A stretch of 64,000 bases of DNA from Lentisphaerota bacterium (GTDB taxonomy: Bacteria; Verrucomicrobiota; Kiritimatiellia; UBA8416; JAQBFJ01): the NCBI GenBank assembly GCA_041306605.1, contig JBFZFB010000166.1, positions 1,807-65,806 of the forward strand. The letters run 5' to 3'. The position numbers were made by a program, and so were the translations under genes. This document shows, one piece after another, positions 19,390 through 29,144 of this stretch. A model generated the notes under the pieces. That model was not told where the DNA came from and did no database searches. It saw only the letters and a list, made by a program, of their open reading frames with translations. Position 1 is the stretch's first letter, and each line of letters opens with the position of its first letter.

Positions 19390-21946
19390 CTTCTGCCGGT
19401 AGATGTATGTCAGCCTTACAGTTCACCGGGACAGTGACTTCCATTCTAAAGTAATTATCTTCCCGTTCCCAGTTACAGACAATCTTCCCGTACATGCTCT
19501 GATGCCAGGCCTTTACCCATTTCAAATCGCCGACGGGATTAGGGCGTATGATGATATTTTTAAAGCCGGGCTTTTCCGGATCCGGATTTATGCCGGCCAG
19601 TCCTTTATAAAACCACGCGCTGATATCGCTGTACATGTGATGATTGAGCGATGCACCCTTTGTCCAGCACTCCCACAAAGTGGTCGCGCCCTGCTTGATC
19701 CAGTTGCCCCAGCTGGGAAAATCTGTCTGCGTCGCAATAGCATACGCCAAGTCCGCCCTCCCGGCATCAGTCAGCACTTGCATCACATATTTCGTACCAA
19801 GAATACCACAGTCAATGTGCCTTTTGGCTTCTTCTACACAGCGAACCAGATGTTCAAGAATTTTATCCGCCTCTTTATTTTCCACCAACCCCTGATACAG
19901 CGCGCATGAATAGGAAGTCTGCGAATCACCGCTCACCTCGCTACTGCCGGCATCAATATATTTACGCCGGAACGCGGCGCGGACGGTCTTCGCGAGCCCG
20001 GCATACCGTTTCGCATCCGCCTTCTTGCCGAGCAGTCTCGCCGTCTCAGCCAGCACAACCGCATCGATATAGAAATAACCGGTCGATGTTACTTCAGCAG
20101 GACATTTCTGCTTCTCGGGCGGGGCCCAATCGCCGAGACCAAACTGAACCGTACCGTCCGGTGACATGCTTTCCATGAAGCTGACATATTTCTTCATGCA
20201 ATCGTACTGATCACGCAGAATCTGAATGTCACCGTCGTAAATATACATGTACCACGGAATCAGCACAGCCGCGCTGTCCCACGCCGGGCCGCTCCCCCAG
20301 TTGAACCCCCACCCGCCGGAAGGAACAATTCCCGGAAGCTGGCCTGTCCGCCGCTGACAATCACGTATATCCTGCATCCATTTAGCGTAGGCAGTCATCG
20401 GATTGAAATTCAGGAGCACCTGCTCCGCCGAAAGCAAAGCATCTCCGGTCCATCCATTCTTCTCGCGGTGCGGACAATCCGTCGGAATCCCGTGATAATT
20501 CCCAAGCGTGGCCCAGCGTGCACAGCGCTGGATATCGTTCAGCAGTTGATTCGAACACGAGAACTCACCGCGCGTCGCAAAATCCGTATACACCACACGC
20601 GCGTCGAGGCTGTCGAGTGTCGGCGTGCCCGGGAATCCTGTCACCTGCACATACTGGAATCCATGATATGTAAATCGCGGCTCCCACTCTTCAGCACCTG
20701 TTCCTTTCAGGATATAGCGGTCAGTCTGACAATCGCCGCTCTTGATGAAACACGCGATGTTACTCTGATCAATATCACCATCCGCGAAAACCATCTCCGA
20801 ATAACGCAACGTAACCTCGGTACCGGCCGGACCCTGCACCCTGAGCCTTGCCCAGCCTGAAATATTCTGCCCGACATCATAAACCCAAACACCTTCTTTA
20901 ACCTGCTTCAACCCGACAGGTTTCAGCGTCTTCGTGATCCGGATCGGAGTCATCTGCTGGCTTCTCAAAATGCCGCCCGGCGCCGCAATTATCTGGGCTT
21001 TCCGCCATGTGCTGTCGTCAAATCCCGGCGCCGCCCAGCCCGGCATTTCCAGCCGCGCGTCATACGTCTCACCGTTCCGTAAACCGTCAAACACGACCGG
21101 ACCCGTACCCGTACGCCAGCTCTCATCGGAACAGATGATCTCCTCTGTCCCGTTTTTGTACTTAACATGAAGCTGTAAAAGAAGTTTGGGCACATGCCGC
21201 CACGGCGCCTGCTTGAAATCCCAGACTTCCGCCGTATGACAGTCATACCAGCCGGTGCCGAGAATGACGCCAAGAACATTCTCCCCCTTCTTCAGCAGTG
21301 AAGAAACATCCCGCGTTTGATAATAAACTGTTTCATCATACTTACTGAACACCGGCGCCAGCACCTCATCGCCGGTTTTATTTCCGTTCACATAAAGCTC
21401 ATAATAACCGAGCCCTGAAACATAAACGCGCGCGGACTCAACCGGCCCTTTCAGCTTGAAACTCCTGCGCAGATGCGGAGCCGGTGGCGGATAATTCTTC
21501 GACTGAACCGAGGAAAACGCAATAGCCGGATCGTGCCGGATCCACTTTGCCATCCATTCCGACCCGGAAAGGAACGCCATTTCCCAGCAGGCCGTTTCAC
21601 TCCATTCACCCGGATTGCCCTTTACATCCCATACCTGCACCTTCCAGAAACAACGCTGACACGATGATAGCTTCTTTCCCTTATAGACAATATGGCATGA
21701 ATTCGACGACTTTACCTTCCCAGTATCCCAAAGATCTCCGCGGTTCTTCACCAGCGCTTTATCATCAGTCGCCACGAGAACTCTATATGCCGACTGCTTC
21801 TGCTCCTGCTCATCCGAAAAAAGCATCCAACCCAGCCTCGGCTGAAGCGTTTCCACGCCAAGCGGATCAGTCAAATAGTTACAAGTTAAATTCCCGATTT
21901 TCATTTTCTGTCTGATGGTTTTTCTTTTCACGTAATTTTTCCCCAT
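19331..21946 (-). CDS. GH78 alpha-L-rhamnosidase
   Basis: N-terminus MKIGNLTCNYLTDPLGVETLQPRLGWMLFSDEQEQKQSAYRVLVATD...LWDTGKVKSS...CFWKVQVWD is the classic bacterial alpha-L-rhamnosidase N-terminal domain. Length 871 aa is typical. Likely start is MKIGNL at about 21904. Confidence 0.85.
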   Translation of the reverse strand: MGKNYVKRKTIRQKMKIGNLTCNYLTDPLGVETLQPRLGWMLFSDEQEQKQSAYRVLVATDDKALVKNRGDLWDTGKVKSSNSCHIVYKGKKLSSCQRCFWKVQVWDVKGNPGEWSETACWEMAFLSGSEWMAKWIRHDPAIAFSSVQSKNYPPPAPHLRRSFKLKGPVESARVYVSGLGYYELYVNGNKTGDEVLAPVFSKYDETVYYQTRDVSSLLKKGENVLGVILGTGWYDCHTAEVWDFKQAPWRHVPKLLLQLHVKYKNGTEEIICSDESWRTGTGPVVFDGLRNGETYDARLEMPGWAAPGFDDSTWRKAQIIAAPGGILRSQQMTPIRITKTLKPVGLKQVKEGVWVYDVGQNISGWARLRVQGPAGTEVTLRYSEMVFADGDIDQSNIACFIKSGDCQTDRYILKGTGAEEWEPRFTYHGFQYVQVTGFPGTPTLDSLDARVVYTDFATRGEFSCSNQLLNDIQRCARWATLGNYHGIPTDCPHREKNGWTGDALLSAEQVLLNFNPMTAYAKWMQDIRDCQRRTGQLPGIVPSGGWGFNWGSGPAWDSAAVLIPWYMYIYDGDIQILRDQYDCMKKYVSFMESMSPDGTVQFGLGDWAPPEKQKCPAEVTSTGYFYIDAVVLAETARLLGKKADAKRYAGLAKTVRAAFRRKYIDAGSSEVSGDSQTSYSCALYQGLVENKEADKILEHLVRCVEEAKRHIDCGILGTKYVMQVLTDAGRADLAYAIATQTDFPSWGNWIKQGATTLWECWTKGASLNHHMYSDISAWFYKGLAGINPDPEKPGFKNIIIRPNPVGDLKWVKAWHQSMYGKIVCNWEREDNYFRMEVTVPVNCKADIHLPAEGGRKIVSVGSGTYKFESKI

Positions 21947-22011
21947 TAAGATTCACAACAACATCCAAACTTAATCTCTTTGCTGTTTTCTCCGCTTCCG
22001 GGCAAAACATT

Positions 22012-22341
22012 TTACTTTTTGATGATGTAAGGTGTTTTATTCAGACGCTCGGCACCGGATCTCGTCACCAGAAAACCGTCTTCAACACGTAAGCCGCCCA
22101 ACGGTGTATTGAACATGGGTATATCAATGGAGATAACCATATCAAGCGAACTGGCCAGACCATTCTGATATCCTACACCGTCCCATCCGATAAACACCAT
22201 GTAATACATGCCATTATGCCTGAACGGGAAAGGACAATCAATCGCATGGCCGTCAAACACCCCCTTTTTATATGAAGGCGCTAGAACAAGCTTCCCATGT
22301 TTATCGGGGGTCAACAGTTTTTTCAAAATATCCTTGTTCAT
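22012..22341 (-). pseudogene. Chimeric gene remnant: GH130/GH43-like beta-propeller N-terminal fragment fused to a duplicated 3' end of the M24 peptidase gene
   Basis: The first ~70 aa (GVFDGHAIDCPFPFRHNGMYYMVFIGWDGVGYQNGLASS) look like the first blade of a GH130/GH43-type propeller. The last ~40 aa (MVISIDIPMFNTPLGGLRVEDGFLVTRSGAERLNKTPYIIKK) are a near copy of the M24 peptidase C-terminus. DNA 22026-22150 is ~90% identical to 25525-25650. Confidence 0.55.
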
Positions 22342-25300
22342 TTTATCCTCTTGCAAACCAGTCGCGGGGCTTTCATCAGACCGCATGGCACGAGCTGGTA
22401 CCCTTCAAACCAGTGCTCACCGCTTCTCATATATGTATCAGGCCCTGTCCAGACAGGCCATTTTTCCTTTATGTGAAACGGCCCATGCGAATTACGGCGG
22501 TGCCCGATAACCTCTATCCTTAATTCAGCCGGCTTGCCGTCAAGCAAATCCGTTATATCCACCTCGTTGGGCTCCCATCCGATCACGCCGGCGCTCTTCC
22601 CATTCACCAGCACACGAACCGCCACGCCTCGGTATTCCGGAATACTCATAAATATCCGCTCACCTTTGCGAATACGAGGATTTATCTTGCGGCAGTAACT
22701 TACTGATCCAGAGTAAAACGCTAGCCCCTGCTTTGTCCAGTCACCGGTTTTCAGCACGGAAGGAGCTTTAGTAATACTTACCGTCTTCCCCCTTGACAGC
22801 CGTTCCGAACATTCCTAGAAGATACACTATCTCCAGACCGGAATGCGTTTCATCATAATCGCATGTCATAAGAATTTCATTCCTGCCCAAACGCACCATA
22901 TTGGGATCAACAGGTATTTTCCGCAGAGAAAGATCACACCACCATCCGCATTCGGCATCCATCGAGAGCACCTGCCCGTTGACGGCAATTTTGAACGTCT
23001 CCGGACGCTCAACGGCAATAAACAAATCACCTTCCGGGATCGTTTCCGCGTCAAACGTGTACAACAGATCAACCGTTGTGCGTTTCGGATTCTTTGCGAT
23101 AGGCCTCGCCCACGGCTGTACCATGCCGCCGCTACGCGCGGGAATACCCATCGCTTCACGCACAGCCCGGTCCACCCGCAGAATCTCCGCGGCTCCCTGC
23201 CATGCCCCGCCCCCTATGCGGTACTGCGGCCGGTCCAGCACAAGATTGGAACATTCAGAAAGTCCAACAGTCCATCCTTTATCAGGAAGCTTATCACCGC
23301 GCACCACATTAAACCTCACAGGCCGCGCGATATGAGACGATGCCCGCTTTGGCATCATAAACAAACGACTGCCGAGAGCCGGAAATGCCGTTCGTATTTC
23401 CCATTGGCTTCCTTTTTTCACCGCGGTCGCACCCATAACTGCGCCAGTCTCAGGATTCAGCTCAAGCGGTATGCCGCGGCAGTCAGTAAATCCGCGGATA
23501 CGAACGTCGCCGAACGCGAGTTTGCGGTCCCGCACCAGCGGATGCTCCGTCTGATTCGCTGAAACTGAAGCAAAATCCTCACCTGTATTACAGACAAACA
23601 GGTAATATGAGTCCTTATCTTCCCGCAACATGTAAAAGAGAGCGCCGATTTCACCGCCTTCCGGATTTGTTATCGAAAGGCGACGCGCAACTGCCAATGA
23701 ATCAGCCGCCGCCTTGTTAAACTCCGGGAAACAAGGGCAGGTTTCAGCAAATGCCCGTACATTGCCGGAAACAACACCTTCAATAGCCGACGCGATTTCC
23801 CCGACAAACGTAACCGTCCCGCCGGCAGCCTTGAACTTCCGTAGCAAAGCAAGCGTACTGCGCCGCATGGTTTTCGTGAACGGCACCACAACGGCTTTGT
23901 AACACGCCTTGCCTATCCGCAGAACCGGCAATCCGCCTTCATTCGTGATAACGGCATGACGCGACATCAGTTCCTCATCACCGAAATCGAAGTCAAGATG
24001 CCGGGCCAGGAGCCGGTTTGTCAGCTTCTGAAATGCCATATCAAACGCATGGGTTTCGGCGTTGGCCCGCCAGCCGTTCCGGACAAGCATCCACATGCTC
24101 TCAACCGGATGAACCACCAGCAGATCGCGAACCTCCTCGCCGCGTGTCATAACGGCATGCACGCGGGCAAAATAATCTTCAACTTTGGGATAAAATTCCC
24201 ACCATGGCGATTGATAGAAAATGCCTGCCGGATAATCGCGTTTTGCCTCACCTGACATCGTGTACCAGCTCAAATGCTGACATCGTAAATTGATTCCCAT
24301 CGCGACCTGCCAGTCGCCGAGCGCCTTGTGGCCGGCAAAAGGAAAGTCCCACCCCGTACAGCCATAGGTTTCGGTCAGCCGCCATTTCCAGCCAAACTGA
24401 TGCGCCGCGGATGTCATCTGTTTCGCTGTGTTGAAAACACACCAGTGCTCCGTCAACAGGTCTATGCCCGGCGCCTGCATATATTCGTATGTACGCATAC
24501 AGCTTCCAACCATATTTGTCTGGCTGGAAAGATTATCTTCCTCAAGCTGGTGACCGGTAAACAGAAGTTTATTTTTGACGCACCATTCACCTGTCTGGCG
24601 ACAGAAAGCATTCACATAAAGATGCGTTACGCAATCATGATAATGGTAACGCGCGGGTTTCATGTATTCACCTTCCACGTCGTACACCAGTTCAATCAAA
24701 TGAGGTACAATGTCATAGCCGTAGCGTTTTTTGAAAACCGCCTGCAGGTGTCCCGTCCAGGGAAGGCCGCCGGGGTCTTTGGTATTGACGTCATAGTGAA
24801 GTTTATTGCCGTGATTGGGTTCATCGGTGAACATTCCCGGCACGGTTTTGCCAAATTCATTGCCGAAATGTTTGCGGTATGCTTCATGCGTCACCCGGAT
24901 GAATTCTTTCACCGCTTCATGATTAAGAGTGTCAAGATATGTATAACCGTTATACCAGTTGCTGTTAGGATGAATTTCAACGGTAAAAGCGATTAAATTC
25001 TCGCCTTCAGCCAGCTTCGGAGGACGCTTGCCGCGCGGCACTTGGCGGACATTACGCGCCACATGACCGTCAAGACGGGCAATAAACGCCGCTGAAATAT
25101 TTGAGGTCCATTTAAATCCGGTTGAGGAATCCAAAACTTTCATCGTCAGCATCCGCATACGGTATTTCGGATTTTTTGTCACCAGCCCGCCGGCGGCGCC
25201 TGAAGGCCACCTGTCTTCATCATAAAGCCAGGCATTCATTCCAAGCTTCTTTGCCTCGTCCACACAAGCGCCGACACAATCAAACCATTCCTTCGACAGG

Positions 25301-25479
25301 TATGCCGTGTCAAGACCCACACGCGAATGCATAAAGAACCCGCCAAGCCCCATACGGTGCATGATTCGTATTTGACGTCTCAACTCTGCCGGTTCGAGTT
25401 TTCCATTCCATGCCCAGAATGGCGCACCCCTGTACTGCATGCCGGGATTAGCAAATTCTTTTTGAAGTTTTTTATCCAT
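22338..25479 (-). pseudogene. GH106-like glycoside hydrolase (candidate alpha-L-rhamnosidase) interrupted by a frameshift: 903-aa body (22768..25479) plus out-of-frame C-terminal beta-sandwich domain (22338..22757)
   Basis: N-terminus PGMQYRGAPFWAWNGKLEPAELRRQIRIMHRMGLGGFFMHSRVGL resembles the GH106 (Bacteroides thetaiotaomicron BT0986-type) N-terminal signature. The ORF stops at TAA 22768. The downstream 139-aa ORF (GTG start, LKTGDWTKQGLAFYSGSVSY...) is in another frame and looks like the usual C-terminal domain of the same enzyme. Combined length (~1040 aa) fits GH106. This could be a true frameshift or a sequencing error. Confidence 0.5.
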
Positions 25480-25509
25480 TACTGATCCCTTTCTTGATTA
25501 ACAGATCCC

Positions 25510-26688
25510 CTATTTCCTGATTAAATAAGGTGTTTTATTCAGACGTTCAGCTCCGGTCTTGGTCACCAGAAAACCGTCTTCGACACGTAAGCCGCCCCAC
25601 GGTGTATTGAACATGGGTATATCAATCGAAATCACCATGTCCGGTTTTAACACGGTTTTTGAGCTCGGCCCGAAAATTGGAGCCTCAAATTCAATTACAC
25701 CAACGCTGTGAATGCCGGAATAAAGAAAATAATTTCCCAGCCCGGCATCAGTCATAATACCGCGCCCTATACCTTCCACAATACAGCCCTCTATTCCCGG
25801 TTTTATTGCCTTAAAACACAATGCCTGCGCCTTATTTGCGGCATAAACAGCTTCGATAAGTTTCGGATGCGGCCTGCCTACAATAACCGGCCTTGCGATT
25901 GCCGCATGATAACCTTCATACCGCGGCGCTAAAGTCAGCACTACCAGATCGTTTTTCCCGACCTTGCGCATGGTCGTGCGCGCGAGAATCGGACGCGTGT
26001 TCGGCCCCGACGCAACTATAGTATCAATCCCCATCCCTTCTGATCCCATTCTGCGCATCGCGTATTCCGCTTCCGCCGCTATCTCCCGTTCCGTAACGCC
26101 GGGCTTTATAACTTTCACCGCCGCCGCAAACCCTGCTTCCGCTATTTTGTAGGCGTACTTTATCACCGCAATCTCAGCAGGCGTCTTTATCGCGCGCAAT
26201 GCAAGCACCTGACTTTCCGCGTCTATCCACTTCGCTAACGGCAATGCTTTCCTGAACGACTCCACCAGCTCGCTGTTCATTAAAGATTTTCCTGCCAACC
26301 CGGCGCGTTTTACGGCTTTAGGGTTTTTGGCAACTTCGCGAACAATTTCCGCCAATCCCTGAATTTTAGAGAACGGATAATCCTCGTCAGGATGCGTGAA
26401 CTCGCGCAGAACGCGGACATCGCTTATCTGCCCAACGTGTCTGGCATACTCGTCACTTTCCGGCCCGCAGAGAAGAATCGGTTTGCCGGATGGAAAGATA
26501 AGAATACACACAGGCTCGAAATGAGCCGGATAATCCGCCAGCCAGCGGCCATGCGCCGGACCATACGCCGCCCTGTCATCCGCGTATGCAATGAGAATAT
26601 CCAGCTTCTGCGCGCGCATCATGTTTTGAACTTTTTTCCAGCGCAACGGGTACTCGTTTGGCGGTATTATCGGCATATTTCTCTTCAT
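25510..26688 (-). CDS. M24-family Xaa-Pro aminopeptidase/dipeptidase
   Basis: 392 aa with a creatinase-like N-terminal domain and an M24 catalytic domain. The C-terminal region ends with the typical ...ISIDIPMFNTPWGGLRVEDGFLVTKTGAERLNKTPY. Confidence 0.8.
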   Translation of the reverse strand: MKRNMPIIPPNEYPLRWKKVQNMMRAQKLDILIAYADDRAAYGPAHGRWLADYPAHFEPVCILIFPSGKPILLCGPESDEYARHVGQISDVRVLREFTHPDEDYPFSKIQGLAEIVREVAKNPKAVKRAGLAGKSLMNSELVESFRKALPLAKWIDAESQVLALRAIKTPAEIAVIKYAYKIAEAGFAAAVKVIKPGVTEREIAAEAEYAMRRMGSEGMGIDTIVASGPNTRPILARTTMRKVGKNDLVVLTLAPRYEGYHAAIARPVIVGRPHPKLIEAVYAANKAQALCFKAIKPGIEGCIVEGIGRGIMTDAGLGNYFLYSGIHSVGVIEFEAPIFGPSSKTVLKPDMVISIDIPMFNTPWGGLRVEDGFLVTKTGAERLNKTPYLIRK

Positions 26689-26691
26689 CTC

Positions 26692-27732
26692 TTATTTCCT
26701 CCCTGCTTTTTCTGTGTATTCACGGAACAGTTTTATATAAATTTTATAATTCCCCAGAGAAACACCCGGCGGAGTCTGATGATCAACCGATGGAATAAAT
26801 CCGCCCGATTTCATTACCGGAAGAAGCCGCTCAAATTCAGCGCGCATCTCTTTTTCGCCTTTAGACATAACCATTTTATCATACGCGCCAAGCATCAGAA
26901 ATTTGGGATATCTTTGACGTATTTTAGCCACATCAACACCCGCTTGTCTCTCAAGCGGATAAACACCCTCTATCCCGGCTTCTTCCATCCACGGGATCAT
27001 CTCCGTGATGTCACCATCACTGTCAATAAGAACCTTTGTGCCGGATTTCTTCAGAACCGGAATCAGCTTCTGATAATAAGGCAACAGAAACTCTTTAAAC
27101 AGTTCATACGACAACATCGAACCGTGATTATAAGACATGTCCTCGGCCAAACCGATCATGTCCGGTTTCAAAACAGGAAACAGCGCTTTCATGGCCCGGA
27201 TATGAAACTCCGTAAGATCACTGTTGATTCTGTGCATGAGCTCGGGATAGTCATAGAACGCGTAAAGATGTTTTTCGATTCCGAAAAGCGTTCTGGGAAA
27301 CCAGAAAAAACCGTCCAGCCAGATACGGATGATGATCTCGCCCCTCTCGTGCTGTTCACGCCGATTCATAACGTCTTTCATCAAACCTTCTATTGATTCA
27401 TCAGTGTACAAATACGGAAGTATGGCTTCGTACGTTTTCTCATCTTCTATTATACCGGCGCCATGTGACGCCGGATTAGGACACTTGCCTGATCTCGGGC
27501 CAGCTCCCAAACAGATCATCTTATCTATTCCAAAGTACGTATGAGAACCATCCCATGTGGTATCCTGAGGCATGCCTTCTTTCTTCCAGCGATCAATAGT
27601 CAGATCCCACCACGCGGCCCACTCCACCATAGGCAAACGGTCAAACGGCCTGAAATCCAGCGCCGCATTAAATCTTTCGCGACAATTCATTTCCTTCATC
27701 CTTTTCACGCCTTTCCGCAATATAACAAACAC
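26692..27732 (-). CDS. URO-D/MtaA-superfamily TIM-barrel protein (paralog 4)
   Basis: N-terminus MNCRERFNAALDFRPFDRLPMVEW and C-terminal block KVLIDSDGDITEMIPWMEEAGIEGVYPLE. Separated by only 3 nt from the M24 peptidase gene. Confidence 0.65.
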   Translation of the reverse strand: MFVILRKGVKRMKEMNCRERFNAALDFRPFDRLPMVEWAAWWDLTIDRWKKEGMPQDTTWDGSHTYFGIDKMICLGAGPRSGKCPNPASHGAGIIEDEKTYEAILPYLYTDESIEGLMKDVMNRREQHERGEIIIRIWLDGFFWFPRTLFGIEKHLYAFYDYPELMHRINSDLTEFHIRAMKALFPVLKPDMIGLAEDMSYNHGSMLSYELFKEFLLPYYQKLIPVLKKSGTKVLIDSDGDITEMIPWMEEAGIEGVYPLERQAGVDVAKIRQRYPKFLMLGAYDKMVMSKGEKEMRAEFERLLPVMKSGGFIPSVDHQTPPGVSLGNYKIYIKLFREYTEKAGRK

Positions 27733-28124
27733 ACTTCCGCCATTAAATGAAGCGCCATTACTATAAATATAACTCCATATTTGACAAGATATTAACCCGC
27801 ATTTTGCGATTTGATCAATTTGCTGTAAATCGCTCCTCTACGGCCCTTTTACCAACACTTTGGCTTTCAGTAACGCAGCATGACAGGCGCGCATGTGTCA
27901 TTGGGATTTACCACGGAGTCACGGAGACTCGCGAATACCGCCAGTCCGCTCTGCGGTCTGCCGCCATTCGCTCACCGGTTTGCATGGAGAGAAAGAGTTT
28001 GCCAAACCATCCTTTGAAAAAGAGTTCAGTCGCATGATAGGCCATGGAGAGGACGACGCGGCTGTGGGTGCGAGGCCCGCCGCGGGCCGAAGCTACCCAC
28101 CAGCCGGTTGTTGTGTGCCTCCAT

Positions 28125-28475
28125 CTACTCCACAAACTCGACTCGCAACGTGCCGTGAGGGGTGTAAGCACAGAGAGTGATGAACCGGTTGTCATCCGGG
28201 AATCTAACCCTCTTGTACGCTCGCATCCTGTCCAGAATGTCCCCCCAGTCTTGCGACATCAGATCCCGGCGTCGGACGGTCTCCGGAATATCGAACTTCA
28301 CAAGGAAGTCGTCGATCTTGCCCCGGAGATAATCGGGGGTTGACACTTCTCGATTCCACGCGACGTGTGCCAGCCACATCAACGGGTGCATAACCTCGGA
28401 GTGGCCTGCACTTGGACTCTTGAGGCCTTGCATTGCTATTTCGATCAAGATGTCCGACAGTTTCCTTTGTTCCAT
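28125..28475 (-). CDS. Hypothetical small protein (116 aa); no recognisable family
   Basis: Protein-like composition. GGAAGG RBS 5 nt upstream of ATG 28475. The nested palindrome at 28487-28530 sits immediately upstream. Divergent from the MNT gene. Confidence 0.4.
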   Translation of the reverse strand: MEQRKLSDILIEIAMQGLKSPSAGHSEVMHPLMWLAHVAWNREVSTPDYLRGKIDDFLVKFDIPETVRRRDLMSQDWGDILDRMRAYKRVRFPDDNRFITLCAYTPHGTLRVEFVE

Positions 28476-28486
28476 TTTGCCTTCCG

Positions 28487-28530
28487 CTGAATATGTATTA
28501 ATTTGACGTCAATACAAACAATATTCAGCT
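28487..28530. promoter_or_regulatory. Nested palindrome / candidate operator: GCTGAATAT-N26-ATATTCAGC enclosing a TGACGTCA core
   Basis: 9-bp perfect inverted arms (28487-28495 and 28522-28530). The centre contains the 8-bp perfect palindrome TGACGTCA (28505-28512), itself flanked by GTATT/AATAC. It lies in the divergent promoter region between the 28125..28475 ORF and the MNT gene. Confidence 0.5.
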
Positions 28531-28693
28531 CGATGTGAAACTAAACTACTATATTTTGAATTATGATGGCGCTGTATTTTGGTCCTGTCAAATATGAAAT
28601 AGCGTGAAATCGGAACAGGCAGGGCGGAATATAGAATTTCTTTCAACAAATAATCTAACTTGAAAAAAGAACAGAAAGCGCCATAATTAGATC

Positions 28694-28993
28694 ATGATAA
28701 AAATTGACGATATTAAAAAAATAGCATTACCGGCGTGTCGGACATTCAATGTGCGCCGGCTGGATGCTTTTGGATCAATCGCGCGAGGCACCGCCTCGTC
28801 ATCAAGCGATGTAGATATGATTGTCGAATTCACCGAGCCTGACAAAAATCCAGCAAAACGTTTCTTTGGTCTTCTTCATCAGTTGGAGGACTCTTTGGGT
28901 TGCAATGTTGACCTCATCACCATAAACAACTTGCGAAATCCTTATTTCAAGACACATATCCTGAAAGAAAGGATTCTCATTTATGAAGGATGA
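28694..28993 (+). CDS. Minimal nucleotidyltransferase (MNT/MntA-like, HEPN-MNT antitoxin-type), orphan
   Basis: 99 aa with FGSIARGTASSSSDVDMIVEF, the GS-x9-13-D-x-D polymerase-beta-superfamily NTase motif. No HEPN (Rx4-6H) partner ORF detected on either side. Confidence 0.75.
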   Translation: MIKIDDIKKIALPACRTFNVRRLDAFGSIARGTASSSSDVDMIVEFTEPDKNPAKRFFGLLHQLEDSLGCNVDLITINNLRNPYFKTHILKERILIYEG

Positions 28994-29144
28994 TATTAAC
29001 CCCATCCCTAAAGTCGTTTCCCTAATTCTGACTTTTTAAATTCTTAATTTTTCTTCTTCTCCATTGACTCAATACCCACATTCATCCACACTTTCCCGTG
29101 ATTTTAAGACCAATGGGAAATCTAAAAAACAGGGAATAAACACC

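Noticed and set aside
26392-27396. 334-aa plus-strand ORF spanning the peptidase/URO-D junction
   Set aside because: Antisense to two well-supported minus-strand genes. Arg/His-rich low-complexity translation, and it crosses an intergenic boundary.
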